From positions 186,001-250,000 of the IMG/VR virus record IMGVR_UViG_3300033143_006101: a stretch of DNA of 64,000 nt, one strand, 5' to 3'. This document shows, one piece after another, positions 10,079-21,268 of the stretch. The notes under the pieces are model-generated. The model searched no databases, was not told the origin of the DNA, and was given only the letters and a program-made list of their open reading frames with translations. The position numbers and the translations under genes are program-made. The number at the start of each line of letters is the position of its first letter. Positions within the stretch are counted from its first letter, which is position 1.

Positions 10079-10762
10079 TTATTGCCAATTTATAATATTA
10101 GGTATCCATTGATCCTTATTGATTATTAAGCAACGAAACCTCAAATCTACCTCTGGTTTCCTACCTAAATTATATCCAGTAAGCACTCCCGGAACTTTTG
10201 TATGAATATGACTAAAACAAATCTTAACATGAACCCCGTTCACTAAATAAGGCTTTTGATACCAAGATTCTTCTCTTTCATTAGGATATTGATAGAATCT
10301 ACTATCTTTATCATACTCTCCTATTGAATAAAACACCTCTGGGTCCTGGTTCTCTAATGGTTGGGATGGATCCAAACCAGCATGCATTATATAATAATCT
10401 CCAATTTTTATAACTAAAGGAAGATCATTCATATAATTTATTATTCTTTCATCATCAATATATTTACCTAATTTCTTACTCAATTCCTCTTTCTTCTCAG
10501 GAACTTGTAAGTCATTTAAGAAATTTACTTCATATTCTCCTTTCACCGCATAGGCATTCATAGCATTATGCAAAAAACCAATTAAATCAATTATCTTAGG
10601 AGCATCTGTATCAAAGAAATCCCCACACAATATTAAAGTATCTGCATAATTATATCGTTGTTGAAAAAGAAGCCGCATAAGGGCCTCATGATCCCCATGT
10701 ATTTCACCTACGATAAAGTAACGCTTTGTATTTAGATCTGTCAGATCTAACAAGTTATCCAT
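10079..10762 (-). CDS. calcineurin-like metallophosphoesterase (PPP/PrpA-like) with degenerate motifs
   Basis: IVGEIHG, LCGDFFD, VKGEYE, MHAG, FSHIH. Confidence 0.75.
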   Translation of the reverse strand: MDNLLDLTDLNTKRYFIVGEIHGDHEALMRLLFQQRYNYADTLILCGDFFDTDAPKIIDLIGFLHNAMNAYAVKGEYEVNFLNDLQVPEKKEELSKKLGKYIDDERIINYMNDLPLVIKIGDYYIMHAGLDPSQPLENQDPEVFYSIGEYDKDSRFYQYPNEREESWYQKPYLVNGVHVKICFSHIHTKVPGVLTGYNLGRKPEVDLRFRCLIINKDQWIPNIINWQ

Positions 10763-11001
10763 TTGTTCTTACCCCCTTTCCTTTTATTACTCTAATCAAT
10801 TCATCTTTTGTTTTTGCTTTTTTTGCTTCAATAGGATTTATTGCAAAAGCCCAATTACATAAAACATTCTCTTCATAATCCCTCAAAGTTCTATAAGTCT
10901 TTTTTTTGCTATAAAGCTTATTATCACTCACTCCAATCCCCAACATCTAATGATCTACAAATCTTATATAATATCCACACCTAAAATTCCTAAATATATC
11001 A

Positions 11002-11499
11002 TTATGTATTCTCCAATTTCTTCCTATAAAACCTACATAATTCTGAAGTGATTCTTTTAATAATATACTTTTTTAAAATTTCACTATAAGTAGTATGAAG
11101 AGATTTAGCTACTTTTTTTACTGAAATTCTATCCTCTAACCATTTACATTTACTAGAATAACTCATTACTCCATACTTATCATTCAACTCATTAGCAAAC
11201 TTTATTGTATCTTCAACTAATACCTCCGGCACACAAAAATAAAACCTGTTTGGTTGTTTAACCGGATGAGTAATTGTTTTTAAATAAGCATGCTTACGTA
11301 CTTTCTCTTTTGCTTCTCTATATAAATTTGCTTTAGAAATTTTTACTTCTACTTCCACTACCTCTGAATCATTATATGCTAAGATATCTGCAATGGATCC
11401 ATAGGTAACTTCCGTAGCAGGTATATATCTTCTCTTGAATCTAAAATAATGTAAAAGAGCTGCTTTAATATATGCTGATGTGATTTTATCAGATGTCAC
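11002..11499 (-). CDS. PD-(D/E)xK nuclease-like protein (MmcB-like)
   Basis: ADILAY...EVEVKISKANL; likely GTG start at 11499 overlapping the RNR stop. Confidence 0.6.
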   Translation of the reverse strand: MTSDKITSAYIKAALLHYFRFKRRYIPATEVTYGSIADILAYNDSEVVEVEVKISKANLYREAKEKVRKHAYLKTITHPVKQPNRFYFCVPEVLVEDTIKFANELNDKYGVMSYSSKCKWLEDRISVKKVAKSLHTTYSEILKKYIIKRITSELCRFYRKKLENT

Positions 11500-14482
11500 A
11501 AGCACCGCCACCACATGCGTATTCTTTACCTCCCTCAGTATTATCTTCCATTTCGTACTCACCCAACAAACCAAAATTTACTTCTGGGAATTCTTTCATC
11601 ATTTTTCTATACGTATCAGCATCTATATCTTCATAAGGAGCCAATTGATATACATGATCATCAACAGGCATAAACGTTAAACCACATACATCTTCAAAAT
11701 TACTATATACCCAAGCAGCTACATCCAACCATTCATCTTCTCTAACATCAATTGTTATTGATGGATTATGCTCACACCAAAAATTACGTACCATCCTCCA
11801 ATACTCTAATTGTTGTAACGCAGAATCACCCAACACTTTAGCCCCCCTCGGTGCTTTGATAGGAAATTCTAAAACAAATCTTGTAGTATCCCCTCCTACT
11901 TCTTGAATTAACTCCATTCCTGCATCTTGCATAAGAAAAGCAAGAGGATCATTACTAGCAATCCGCACTCTTCTAATATAACATCCACTCTTTGTTTTTC
12001 TAGTATGAGCTCCAGGAGAACAATCAACTAAAGAAGATACAGTATTATGACTTACATAAGAATTAGCTATATAAGTATTATTTTCAGGAACCTCAAGATC
12101 TACTGTGTGTGCTACAGAATCTTCTATACCCTCAACAATATCAGGAATAAACTCTGTCATTCCAATATTATCAAGATCTTTATATAAATTTCCCAACCCG
12201 CTTTTATGCATAGCACCATTTCGTCCTTTTAGTATTGTAATTCTATATCTCATTGCTGATCCCCAAGAAGTCTCAGTTGGTAGCATTAGTCTACAAGAAC
12301 ATGTATGTCCAAGTGCTCGTAATACAATAGGCAACTGCCTCGCAAGTGTTTCAGAAATAGTACATAAAATTTTATAACCCCTACTAGAAACACAACCATC
12401 TGCATCAAAAAGACCGTCAATAAACGCTTGGATTATATGTTTAGGAGATCTTCTTATAAGAAGAGGAATATCTATATTATTAGTCTTATTCTTTATCAAA
12501 TCATTTGCCTTTAAAAAAGCTAAAAGAAATGTTGAATTAGCATATACATCTGCATTTCTACCAGATGCCCTTTCATAAATAAAACAATCAATATTAAATA
12601 ATTGTGAGATATACTCCCCAACTTTCTTTAAAGGAACCATATCATCACAACAACCCGCTATTCGTATTCCTTTCTTATGTGTACTACCATCTCCTGCATA
12701 TAGACCTAAAACATATGCTAATTTTTCATCTAAAATATCTGGTTGCTCTATCTCTTTTACATTACAATAAGGAGGCTCTACTTTAATTAATTTCTGTAGA
12801 CTACCCCCAGAGTACCCGCCTATCTTATAAGGTAAACAATCACCAATGGACATTTCTCGTAATTCTTTCCACTGGTATTCCCCATTTTGTAACACTCTAA
12901 ATTTATGATTAGGTGTTGCTTCTAAAACAATACCGGATTGCATATGAACACGTTTTGTTGGTACTTCCCCATTTACATGAAATTTAGTAGACTTTTCATA
13001 AGATGTTTCCTGTTCCACTTCAATATCATGATCTTGCCAATCTTCTCCATGAGTATCTCCTATTTCTGCTAACTCTAAAATACCTTCCGATGTAGAAATA
13101 AGAGAATCTGTGGACAAACAACCAGATGGTTTTACACATGTAATTGCTGCTGCTCTATTTATTCCTAATTTTTCAGCATACTTTTTATTTGTTTGAATAG
13201 CTACATGTTTTAAATCAGCCAACCACTTCTTTGCTGTATCATTCACATTACCTAATACTTTATGATCCCGTAATCCAGTAAAAGAAACCCCTAAAAGCCG
13301 TTCCTCTTCACAATTCATCTTCCATTCTTTATCAACGTATTTAAATTTCGTAAATGTAGATTGCCAGGTACCGATCATAGTAGCTATAATCACTTTTCTC
13401 TTAAGTGTTTCAAAAGTGTCTTCCGGACGAATAACCACTTCCGATAAGTTACACGTCTCTTTACTAGTCAATAATACTTCACCACATGGATTAACACCCA
13501 CAACTTTTGAGCCATCTCTCCTATCATTTTCACTTGCTTTCTTTTGTGCTGCTACCCTACTAAAAATACCTCTTTCTCCACTTTTAGAACGATAGAGGTT
13601 CTTCCATTCATCAATAAATGAAACTATATCCGGTACCCTAGTATAAGCTACAGAGTTGTTAGCGAGTTCTCGTTGTTTATTAATTTTCCAAAAATCACCC
13701 ATCTTAGCATTGGCCATTTGGTTATCAGTTAGATCCGAAAGGGATATACATGCAGACCTTCTAGTTCCCCCAGCTACAACAGCCTCCGATACTTTACATG
13801 CTATATCATGAGCATCAACAGGTTGAATTTGAAATCCTCTATTTCTTTCAGCAATATCAGTCACAAAATCAACTAATTCTATTAAAGGGCCGGGGCCTGA
13901 GGCTCTTCCCCCAAATGTTTTTAATCTCTCCCCAAATGGGCGTACTTTTGAATAATCACATTCAAAATCCTGACCTTCCCAAAGGCATTCCAATACTCTC
14001 TCAAATCCTTTAGCCCAACCTAAACGGCTATCTTCAAAAACAATTTTTTCTATAGCAGATCCATTCTTTTCTTTAATGGCAGGTAATTGTTGTATAAATT
14101 TTCTTTCTACACTGAAGCCTAATCCACAACCGTTCATAAGAACATAGAGGATTTCAGAAAAGTCTTTCAATTTAGTTATAGTTGTAAAAGCACAATTATA
14201 AAAAGAGAGGTTCTCAACATCCGCAGCTTTCCCAGCTGACCACAATGCTCTCATAGAAGGCATTACTTCAAGATTATATATTGCATTAAAAACATCCTTA
14301 CGTTCTTTTTCCGTAACTTTATCGCCAAGCTTCTTCTTTATATAATCACAATATCGACTTACTGTTTCATCCCAGGACTCTCTCCTTTTTTCTTTTTCTC
14401 TCCATCTAGAATACGAACGAACATATATAAATTCTTGAAACATCGTTTCGAATATATTTTCTTTTTCTTTCTTATCCGTCAT
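11489..14482 (-). CDS. nrdJ: class II (B12-dependent) ribonucleotide reductase, monomeric RTPR type, intein-containing
   Basis: PSMRALW, FYNCAF, GRASGP, GGTRRSA, NPCGE, CNLSE, CVKPSG|TVS, C-terminal ACGGGACDI. Confidence 0.95.
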   Translation of the reverse strand: MTDKKEKENIFETMFQEFIYVRSYSRWREKEKRRESWDETVSRYCDYIKKKLGDKVTEKERKDVFNAIYNLEVMPSMRALWSAGKAADVENLSFYNCAFTTITKLKDFSEILYVLMNGCGLGFSVERKFIQQLPAIKEKNGSAIEKIVFEDSRLGWAKGFERVLECLWEGQDFECDYSKVRPFGERLKTFGGRASGPGPLIELVDFVTDIAERNRGFQIQPVDAHDIACKVSEAVVAGGTRRSACISLSDLTDNQMANAKMGDFWKINKQRELANNSVAYTRVPDIVSFIDEWKNLYRSKSGERGIFSRVAAQKKASENDRRDGSKVVGVNPCGEVLLTSKETCNLSEVVIRPEDTFETLKRKVIIATMIGTWQSTFTKFKYVDKEWKMNCEEERLLGVSFTGLRDHKVLGNVNDTAKKWLADLKHVAIQTNKKYAEKLGINRAAAITCVKPSGCLSTDSLISTSEGILELAEIGDTHGEDWQDHDIEVEQETSYEKSTKFHVNGEVPTKRVHMQSGIVLEATPNHKFRVLQNGEYQWKELREMSIGDCLPYKIGGYSGGSLQKLIKVEPPYCNVKEIEQPDILDEKLAYVLGLYAGDGSTHKKGIRIAGCCDDMVPLKKVGEYISQLFNIDCFIYERASGRNADVYANSTFLLAFLKANDLIKNKTNNIDIPLLIRRSPKHIIQAFIDGLFDADGCVSSRGYKILCTISETLARQLPIVLRALGHTCSCRLMLPTETSWGSAMRYRITILKGRNGAMHKSGLGNLYKDLDNIGMTEFIPDIVEGIEDSVAHTVDLEVPENNTYIANSYVSHNTVSSLVDCSPGAHTRKTKSGCYIRRVRIASNDPLAFLMQDAGMELIQEVGGDTTRFVLEFPIKAPRGAKVLGDSALQQLEYWRMVRNFWCEHNPSITIDVREDEWLDVAAWVYSNFEDVCGLTFMPVDDHVYQLAPYEDIDADTYRKMMKEFPEVNFGLLGEYEMEDNTEGGKEYACGGGACDI
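12044..13120 (-). mobile_element. intein (359 aa) with LAGLIDADG homing endonuclease in nrdJ
   Basis: starts CLSTDS after KPSG, ends YVSHN before T; TPNHKF block B; LGLYAGDGS and FIDGLFDADG. Confidence 0.93.
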
Positions 14483-14767
14483 TATAATTTCTCCTTTAAT
14501 CTAAATCTTCGAAATCTAATTCCAACTGTTTAATAATCTCTTGCAGTACATGAATTTTATCTTCCTTCTCAGCAACACCTATTCCAATATATTCTGTCAA
14601 ATCTCTTATGTTATCAATACATAAACTAACACAGTGTATTGCATAAGATTTTTCATCTTTATTTTTTGTAGTATTGACTTTATCTAAATAATCCATTATC
14701 TCATTACAATTTCTATAAATATCATTAAGCCTTTGCTCTGTAACGTACATAAATAATCCTCCTGTTA

Positions 14768-15106
14768 TTATCTTTCGTCTCCTGATCCTTGTAATTTTCC
14801 TCTCTTCATTCTTGAATGAAGCTTATCTAAATTAGTTCGAGCCACACTGCCCATTGATACACCTAATTCTTTACAAACAGCTGAGAGATACCACATGATA
14901 TCTGAAGCCTCCTTAATAAGTTCTACTCTTTTCTCGTCTGTCATAACCCCATCATCATCTCGTATCATCTTTTTTATTTTTTCTGCAAACTCTCCTGATT
15001 CACCACATAAACCCAATGTTGGATAAACAATATTATTTCCTTTATTTGGATATATAGCAGTAGACCATGCTTGTTCTTGATATACATCAAATGTCATTTC
15101 ATTCAT
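14768..15106 (-). CDS. MazG-like nucleotide pyrophosphohydrolase
   Basis: LGLCGESGEFAEKIKK...ELIKEASDIMWY...NLDKLHSR. Confidence 0.9.
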   Translation of the reverse strand: MNEMTFDVYQEQAWSTAIYPNKGNNIVYPTLGLCGESGEFAEKIKKMIRDDDGVMTDEKRVELIKEASDIMWYLSAVCKELGVSMGSVARTNLDKLHSRMKRGKLQGSGDER

Positions 15107-15166
15107 TATAATAGCCCCCTCTATTTATATATATATATATGCTAAATACCAAAAATTTTACAAAAA

Positions 15167-16060
15167 TTATTCAGTATTTTCACCCTCTCCTTCATCATCT
15201 GGTGCCTCATCTAAAGGTCGTACTATCCTACCTGATCGTAAAACATCATCTTCAATACTATTAATTTTAGATGCTAACAAAGATCTCATTTCATGAATCA
15301 TAGGCTTATATTCCTCTTGTTGCTCAAGTTCATTTAAAGATAGTTGGATAGCACCCAACATCTTAGTAAGAACACTATATTTATATGACATAACTGCATT
15401 ATTCATTTCTTCCTTACCTCCAGGAAATATTTTTTTAACCATAAGCTCTTGTACTTTTACAGCATCATTCTCTAAATCATTTAATAGCTTATTAAGTTGG
15501 ATAAATTCCCCAGTTTCGAAATTCCCTAAGTTATCAATTTCTTGATTATCTGTTAATGTATCTATACGACTAGATATGGCATTTATTCTTTTAGCTTTTG
15601 ATTTAAGCACCGCTTCCATAGCACAAAAAAAATCTAGATCACCTTCTAACATTCTATCTACGAATTCATTAGCTTCAGTAGGACTATTTTCTCTCAATTC
15701 TATAATGTTTCTATTATTTCTAGATATATAGAAATGATTAGTGAAATGAATTCTTAAAGCATCTGGTGTAACATTGAATCTATAGATCATATCCTCATAT
15801 GGCATATGATCCCGGGCACGAGCCAAATTAATATCCATATAATCTGGACGAGTACATATAGAGCATAATCTACTACGCTTATGTATTTTACCGTATTGAC
15901 TAATATCTTCTATGACTTCGGGTTCTATAACAAGAGTAGATTCTTGCTCTATAGGAGCAATTTCAGTTGAAGGTTGCCTAGTTAAGACTTGTTCTGGTTC
16001 TGATTTGGAGGGGTCGTCTTTTTCTTCCTCATTAAAAATCATAGGATCATCATCACTCAT
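15167..16060 (-). CDS. hypothetical protein with C2H2-like zinc/HTH N-terminus (possible small terminase)
   Basis: CSICTRPD...ALRIHFTNH followed by coiled coil; function is inference. Confidence 0.35.
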   Translation of the reverse strand: MSDDDPMIFNEEEKDDPSKSEPEQVLTRQPSTEIAPIEQESTLVIEPEVIEDISQYGKIHKRSRLCSICTRPDYMDINLARARDHMPYEDMIYRFNVTPDALRIHFTNHFYISRNNRNIIELRENSPTEANEFVDRMLEGDLDFFCAMEAVLKSKAKRINAISSRIDTLTDNQEIDNLGNFETGEFIQLNKLLNDLENDAVKVQELMVKKIFPGGKEEMNNAVMSYKYSVLTKMLGAIQLSLNELEQQEEYKPMIHEMRSLLASKINSIEDDVLRSGRIVRPLDEAPDDEGEGENTE

Positions 16061-16456
16061 ATTATTTCCTCACACTAACAATTTTAACTTTATCACCTTT
16101 ATATCCTTTATGGATATCGCATTCATCTGTATTTGGGCATAATACTATATGCCCTTTTTCAACTACCATATGTACTTCAATAGTAGAACTTTGCTTTGGA
16201 TCCAATTCTGACACATGTTTACATTTTGTTAATATATCCTGGACTTTTAATTTTTCGATGTTCATTAGTTCTAAAAAATTAGCCAAAGAGATATACATTT
16301 CATCTTTTTTCTCATGCATTAATTGGAACTCTACATCATCTAATTCTTCTTGCTTCTGATTAATTTCATTTGAAAGTTTTGCCAATTTTTTCATCTTCTT
16401 TAAAAATTTTTTACCTTCGCCTTTTTTCTTAAAGACGTTGGAAAGAAATACCTTCA

Positions 16457-17938
16457 TTAGATACCAACCTTAATTAAACTTACATAACGTATTCTATTAT
16501 CTGCAAAATCAATCAGAGAAAACATATTATTAAAATACATATTAAAACATCTAACTAAAACTAGCCTGGATGCTATAGCTTGAAGCATAGCAGATTCAAT
16601 ACCTTCTGTTCTGCTTTCTAATTCAGATGCTATACGAGTTACATGAAAAGCAAAATAATAACGTAAATAATTCAATACTGTAGTAATAGAATTTGGTTGT
16701 AATGAATTATTTAAATGAGACACTATTTCTCTTCTACTTACTTCATTTAAAGCTTCCCCCGATGTAGCCTGTCTAATTGGTATCTTTTCCATTTTAACAG
16801 AATCCATATTAGTTTTAGAAACGTGTTGCTTTATTTCATTTTCAACAGTTAATAATTCTATTTGAGCGTTTTCTTTTTTCTTATTCAATTCATTTAACCT
16901 ATCTTCCAATACATTTATATCATCTACATTGTATGCATTGGCTTTTCGTAACTGATCAGTAATCCCATTCAATACAATATTAGTTGAATCCATTAAATCT
17001 TTAATTCCTTTTGTACTTCTCATCAAATTATCTTGTTGTTTTTTAAACACTTCTTTTTTATCTAATAAATACTTTATTTCTTTTTTAAATTCAGGGGTTG
17101 CTTGTATCTCAGGGACTGAACTATATAACCCATCTAATTCAACCTGAATTTTTGATATAATATCTAATACACTATTGAAATTTGTTGTTTCTTCTTCAAG
17201 TTTAAGTTTTAAACCATTATACTCTGCCACATATATTTTTTTATCATGATCTAATCCAGATATAACTCTTAATACACCTGATATCTTTTTTTGATCTGTA
17301 GAAACAGCTTCTATTTCAGAGACAAGGACAGCTATAGTATTTAATAATTCCTTTCTTCTTTTTTTAAGAACTTCTACTAAAGATTGGCTATCCGCTATCG
17401 ATGATTTTGATATAGTTCCAATATCAATTTCTTTTTTAGTTTCCCGCTCGGCAAACCTATCTTTTAAAGGACCATAAATAGACTCTATCTTTGTTCTAAA
17501 TTGTTCTGAAAAAGAAAATAAATTCTCAAACTCATTAAAGATATCATATACTGGTTTTGTCACAAGAAAATACTTAAATATATCCAAATTTTTAATAAAC
17601 ATTAATTGTTCTGGAATAGTTGTTTGATTATTATTTGAATAGATTTTATACTCTATACCTTCAAATTCTACAATAAGCTCCACCACACAACCATCCGGAA
17701 AAGAGAAAAACTGATAAAAAGTATTATGAATGATCTCTATAATATATAATGGGACCGGTTTATTTTCCGAAAATTCAACCTCTTCCGTTTGTGTTCCAAC
17801 AGTATACTTTAAATGGATCCATTTAAGATTCGAAATCATATTTAATACTTCATCAAACTGAATAAATACCGTTTTATAAATACTATCTTCTAATTGAGTG
17901 TGAGCTAAAAAATCTTCATATATTTTTTGTAATCTCAT
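16457..17938 (-). CDS. long coiled-coil protein, possible degenerate SMC/SbcC paralog
   Basis: globular ends around ~250 aa of heptad-rich sequence; no Walker A seen. Confidence 0.4.
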   Translation of the reverse strand: MRLQKIYEDFLAHTQLEDSIYKTVFIQFDEVLNMISNLKWIHLKYTVGTQTEEVEFSENKPVPLYIIEIIHNTFYQFFSFPDGCVVELIVEFEGIEYKIYSNNNQTTIPEQLMFIKNLDIFKYFLVTKPVYDIFNEFENLFSFSEQFRTKIESIYGPLKDRFAERETKKEIDIGTISKSSIADSQSLVEVLKKRRKELLNTIAVLVSEIEAVSTDQKKISGVLRVISGLDHDKKIYVAEYNGLKLKLEEETTNFNSVLDIISKIQVELDGLYSSVPEIQATPEFKKEIKYLLDKKEVFKKQQDNLMRSTKGIKDLMDSTNIVLNGITDQLRKANAYNVDDINVLEDRLNELNKKKENAQIELLTVENEIKQHVSKTNMDSVKMEKIPIRQATSGEALNEVSRREIVSHLNNSLQPNSITTVLNYLRYYFAFHVTRIASELESRTEGIESAMLQAIASRLVLVRCFNMYFNNMFSLIDFADNRIRYVSLIKVGI

Positions 17939-18443
17939 CTACAATCTCCTTTTAATCTAATATTCCGAGTTCTCTTAAATTAAAACTCTTTTTACAATAA
18001 GGGCATTCCACTTCTTCCTGGATTTTCTCATCTACATCTCTTATCAATTGATGCCCTTTCATACAAAAAGGACAATAAATAGCTTTAATTTTCTTAACTT
18101 TCATACTCCCCCCTATCCATTCTTTCCAAATCCCTAACATGTGCAATATGTCTTCTATGCATTAAACCATCTAAATACTTTTTACTTTCTTTTTTGTTCA
18201 TTACTAACATAGCGAATACATCTATGTTTAATGAATGATGAAATTCGTTTTTTCTAATCCATGACTTATACCACCACAATAAAATATGTTTATTCCATAT
18301 TCTATATTTAGTATTTCTAATTTTTTGAAGTAAAATCCAATCTAAATACCATCTTATATTGTTACATTTCTTTTTTATATAATCCCAAACATAATAATAT
18401 AAATAGAAGTTTATATGACTAATTATTGTCATTGTATTATCCC

Positions 18444-20537
18444 TTAATTAACATAACTAATATTATCTTCTGTTTTTCTAACAGTTATTATCTGAGGAAA
18501 ATCTTGGATATGATCCACATGCGAAATCACTAAGATTTGATCAAACCAATTCAATATCAAAGTAAGTACTTTTTGTACCAAATATTTATTATGATTATCA
18601 AGAAATCCAAAGGGCTCATCTAAAGTAATAAGACCTAAATTAATTTTAGATCGGTACCTTATCACCTTTGAGAACCCAAGACGTAGACCTATATTTGCAA
18701 CAACCTTTTCCCCACCAGAAAGCCGTTTATAACTTCTTTCCCTACCCGCGATTATAAAAGAGATAATAAGTCGTTTAGATTTACTAGTATCTTCAAAAAT
18801 ATTAACCGATATATCCGGTAATATCTGCTGAATTATTTCATTTGCAGCATCTTGGATTAGAATAACAGATTGCTGAAAGATATTACGTGGTATTTCTTGA
18901 AAAGCATTTATCAATATACCATGAAGATATATTGATTCTTCTGTTTCTTCTATATCATTATCAATATTTTCAATTTCTACTTCTAATTTATCCTTGTTCT
19001 TTTCTAATTGAGAAAGCTCACCGAGCTTCCTGTTTTTAACCTCTATAGATTCCTCCAGGAACTCCACATCTGCTTTCATTTTATCTAAGATAACTTTATC
19101 CGGAACAAAGTTATCTATAACTTTTTCTATTTCACGTATTTGCTTCTTTATACCAGAAACACTAAGCTCTGTTTCTCTATTCTTTTCCGTAGCCTGGTTC
19201 ATTTGAAGTTCAAGCTTTTCAATATTCTGTTCTTTAAGTAATTTCTCCTTTTCCAATTCATTTTTATTTTTAATTATATTAGCTAACATAGTCTCGGTAG
19301 CTGTAATACTTTCTTTAAATTCTTTTATAGTTTTTTCCAAATTTAATTTTCTAGTTTGAAAATCAGTTACATTTTTAGAAGTATCCGTAGCTAATCCAGT
19401 AAGCTCTATGATTTGTGCATTAAATTCTTTCTGCTTTTCTTGAAGATACTGCGGATCCACATCTTGAAAACAAGAAGGGCATACTCCCTCTTTCATTTTA
19501 CTTTTAGATTCTGTTAATAATCGTATTCTAGTCGAGTACTCTGCTAATACTACATTATATTTATTTAGCTGTTGATTAATATCCCCTAACTTATTTTCTA
19601 CAATATCCTGTTCCGTTTTTAAACTACTTATCTGCGTATCATCAAAATCACCCCTCTCACCTACCGCTTTTAATTTATTTGTAATTTCAATTATATCAAG
19701 TTGATCGGTATTGATACTGTTTGTAAAAGATACTTTAATATCATCAAATTCTTTTAACCCTTTTTCCGCATCAAACCTTTGCTGTCGCAATTCATTTAAT
19801 TTAATAGTAAATTGTAAAGAATTATCATATTTAATTATCTCATCTTGTAGCTCTTTTTTCTTCTTCTTTAAATCATCAAGCTCTGCAGCTATTGTTTTCT
19901 TTTCCGCTACTTTTATTTTAAGATCATCCATTTCCTCAATTTTTATTTTAGAGGTTTCAACTAATGTTTTCCTTGCACTAATTAATAACTTATTGGCTTT
20001 ATTAGCAGTCTTGTATGCAATTCTCCAAATCTCAAGATCTAATACCTTATCAACATAATTACGTCTTTCTTCTGGTGTAGCATTAATAAAGTTATCTATG
20101 TTTCCCTGTTCGAAAAAATTCGATGCAGTGCACATCTTATAATCCATACCCAAAACACGTATAATTTCCTCCTGGGTATGTTCTATTCTTTCTTTTGTTA
20201 AGGGAACATCATTTTCATAAAAATCTAGGTAGGATGAAGATTTAACACGACCGCGTTCTACTCTATATTGTTGACTGTTTAAAGTAAACTCGAGACGCAC
20301 AAACATTTCTTTATCTGTAAGCGAATCATTAACAATCTCATCTAACTTGCTAAATTCTCCCTCACCAAACAGAGCATAGATTATCGCCATTACTAATGTG
20401 GACTTACCAGATCCATTGGATCTATTTTCATTATTATCATAGACCCCGATAATCCCAGTGATACCATCCTGAAATTCAACTACATTATGCTCCTTATACG
20501 AACCAAAACCCTTTAATTCTAAACGGTTAATTTTCAT
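18444..20537 (-). CDS. sbcC: SbcC/Rad50 (gp46-like) SMC ATPase
   Basis: NGSGKST, FFEQG, zinc hook CPSC, LSGGEK, LDEPFG, ISH. Confidence 0.93.
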   Translation of the reverse strand: MKINRLELKGFGSYKEHNVVEFQDGITGIIGVYDNNENRSNGSGKSTLVMAIIYALFGEGEFSKLDEIVNDSLTDKEMFVRLEFTLNSQQYRVERGRVKSSSYLDFYENDVPLTKERIEHTQEEIIRVLGMDYKMCTASNFFEQGNIDNFINATPEERRNYVDKVLDLEIWRIAYKTANKANKLLISARKTLVETSKIKIEEMDDLKIKVAEKKTIAAELDDLKKKKKELQDEIIKYDNSLQFTIKLNELRQQRFDAEKGLKEFDDIKVSFTNSINTDQLDIIEITNKLKAVGERGDFDDTQISSLKTEQDIVENKLGDINQQLNKYNVVLAEYSTRIRLLTESKSKMKEGVCPSCFQDVDPQYLQEKQKEFNAQIIELTGLATDTSKNVTDFQTRKLNLEKTIKEFKESITATETMLANIIKNKNELEKEKLLKEQNIEKLELQMNQATEKNRETELSVSGIKKQIREIEKVIDNFVPDKVILDKMKADVEFLEESIEVKNRKLGELSQLEKNKDKLEVEIENIDNDIEETEESIYLHGILINAFQEIPRNIFQQSVILIQDAANEIIQQILPDISVNIFEDTSKSKRLIISFIIAGRERSYKRLSGGEKVVANIGLRLGFSKVIRYRSKINLGLITLDEPFGFLDNHNKYLVQKVLTLILNWFDQILVISHVDHIQDFPQIITVRKTEDNISYVN

Positions 20538-20836
20538 CTTATTTCATCTCCAAAGTCTATAATTTATATGTCTTCATCCTTATTGCTTTCTATATCAATA
20601 TTCATAGCATAATTCTTATATAAGTTACTTGAAATATCTAAAGCACTTCTAACAGATAAAGCAGCATCTAAAATACGTAATGCAATCCCCTCTAATTCAA
20701 TCTCTTCTGTGAGATACATCCTAATATTTTTTAAATCGTTAATAATCTCTACTAATTTGTATTCTATCATCATATACAAATCAGGAGTTTCACCTCTATC
20801 CATAAAGCCCTCCTAAACTTGAGTTATAGGATTCAT

Positions 20837-21268
20837 CTATTTAATTACTCCAATTGTTTGATTGTATTTTATTCCAAATTCCAGAGCTCCTTCATGTGTA
20901 CTCATTAAAATATCAATATGATTTCCTTTTATAGCACCTCCTGTATCTAAAGCCTTATACCATTTATTGTCGTAGTAAATAGTAGACCAAAGTGGAATAA
21001 TTTTAGGGTCTACAGCCACAATACTATAAATATTGCTCATTTCTGCCATTTTATACCCAGTAGCAATATAGCCTACCCATTTACCATTACATTTTCTGCA
21101 GGGGCAATATGCAGTTATAGTAAAACCCTTGATCTCCTTAACATTTGTTATGGAAACAGATGTTGACTTAAGCGGATTATACTCCAAACACCAAATAAAT
21201 ACTAATAATATCAAAATTCCCAAAATAAGATATACCATCCCTATTTTTTGACTAGATTCACACTTCAT
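20837..21268 (-). CDS. 3D-domain protein with N-terminal membrane anchor
   Basis: TITAYCPC...VAVDPKIIPLWS...ALDTGGAIKGNHIDI. Confidence 0.88.
   Translation of the reverse strand: MKCESSQKIGMVYLILGILILLVFIWCLEYNPLKSTSVSITNVKEIKGFTITAYCPCRKCNGKWVGYIATGYKMAEMSNIYSIVAVDPKIIPLWSTIYYDNKWYKALDTGGAIKGNHIDILMSTHEGALEFGIKYNQTIGVIK

Noticed and set aside
15126-15140. (TA)7 microsatellite as a separate element
   Set aside because: Best explained as the -10 part of the phage promoter motif upstream of mazG
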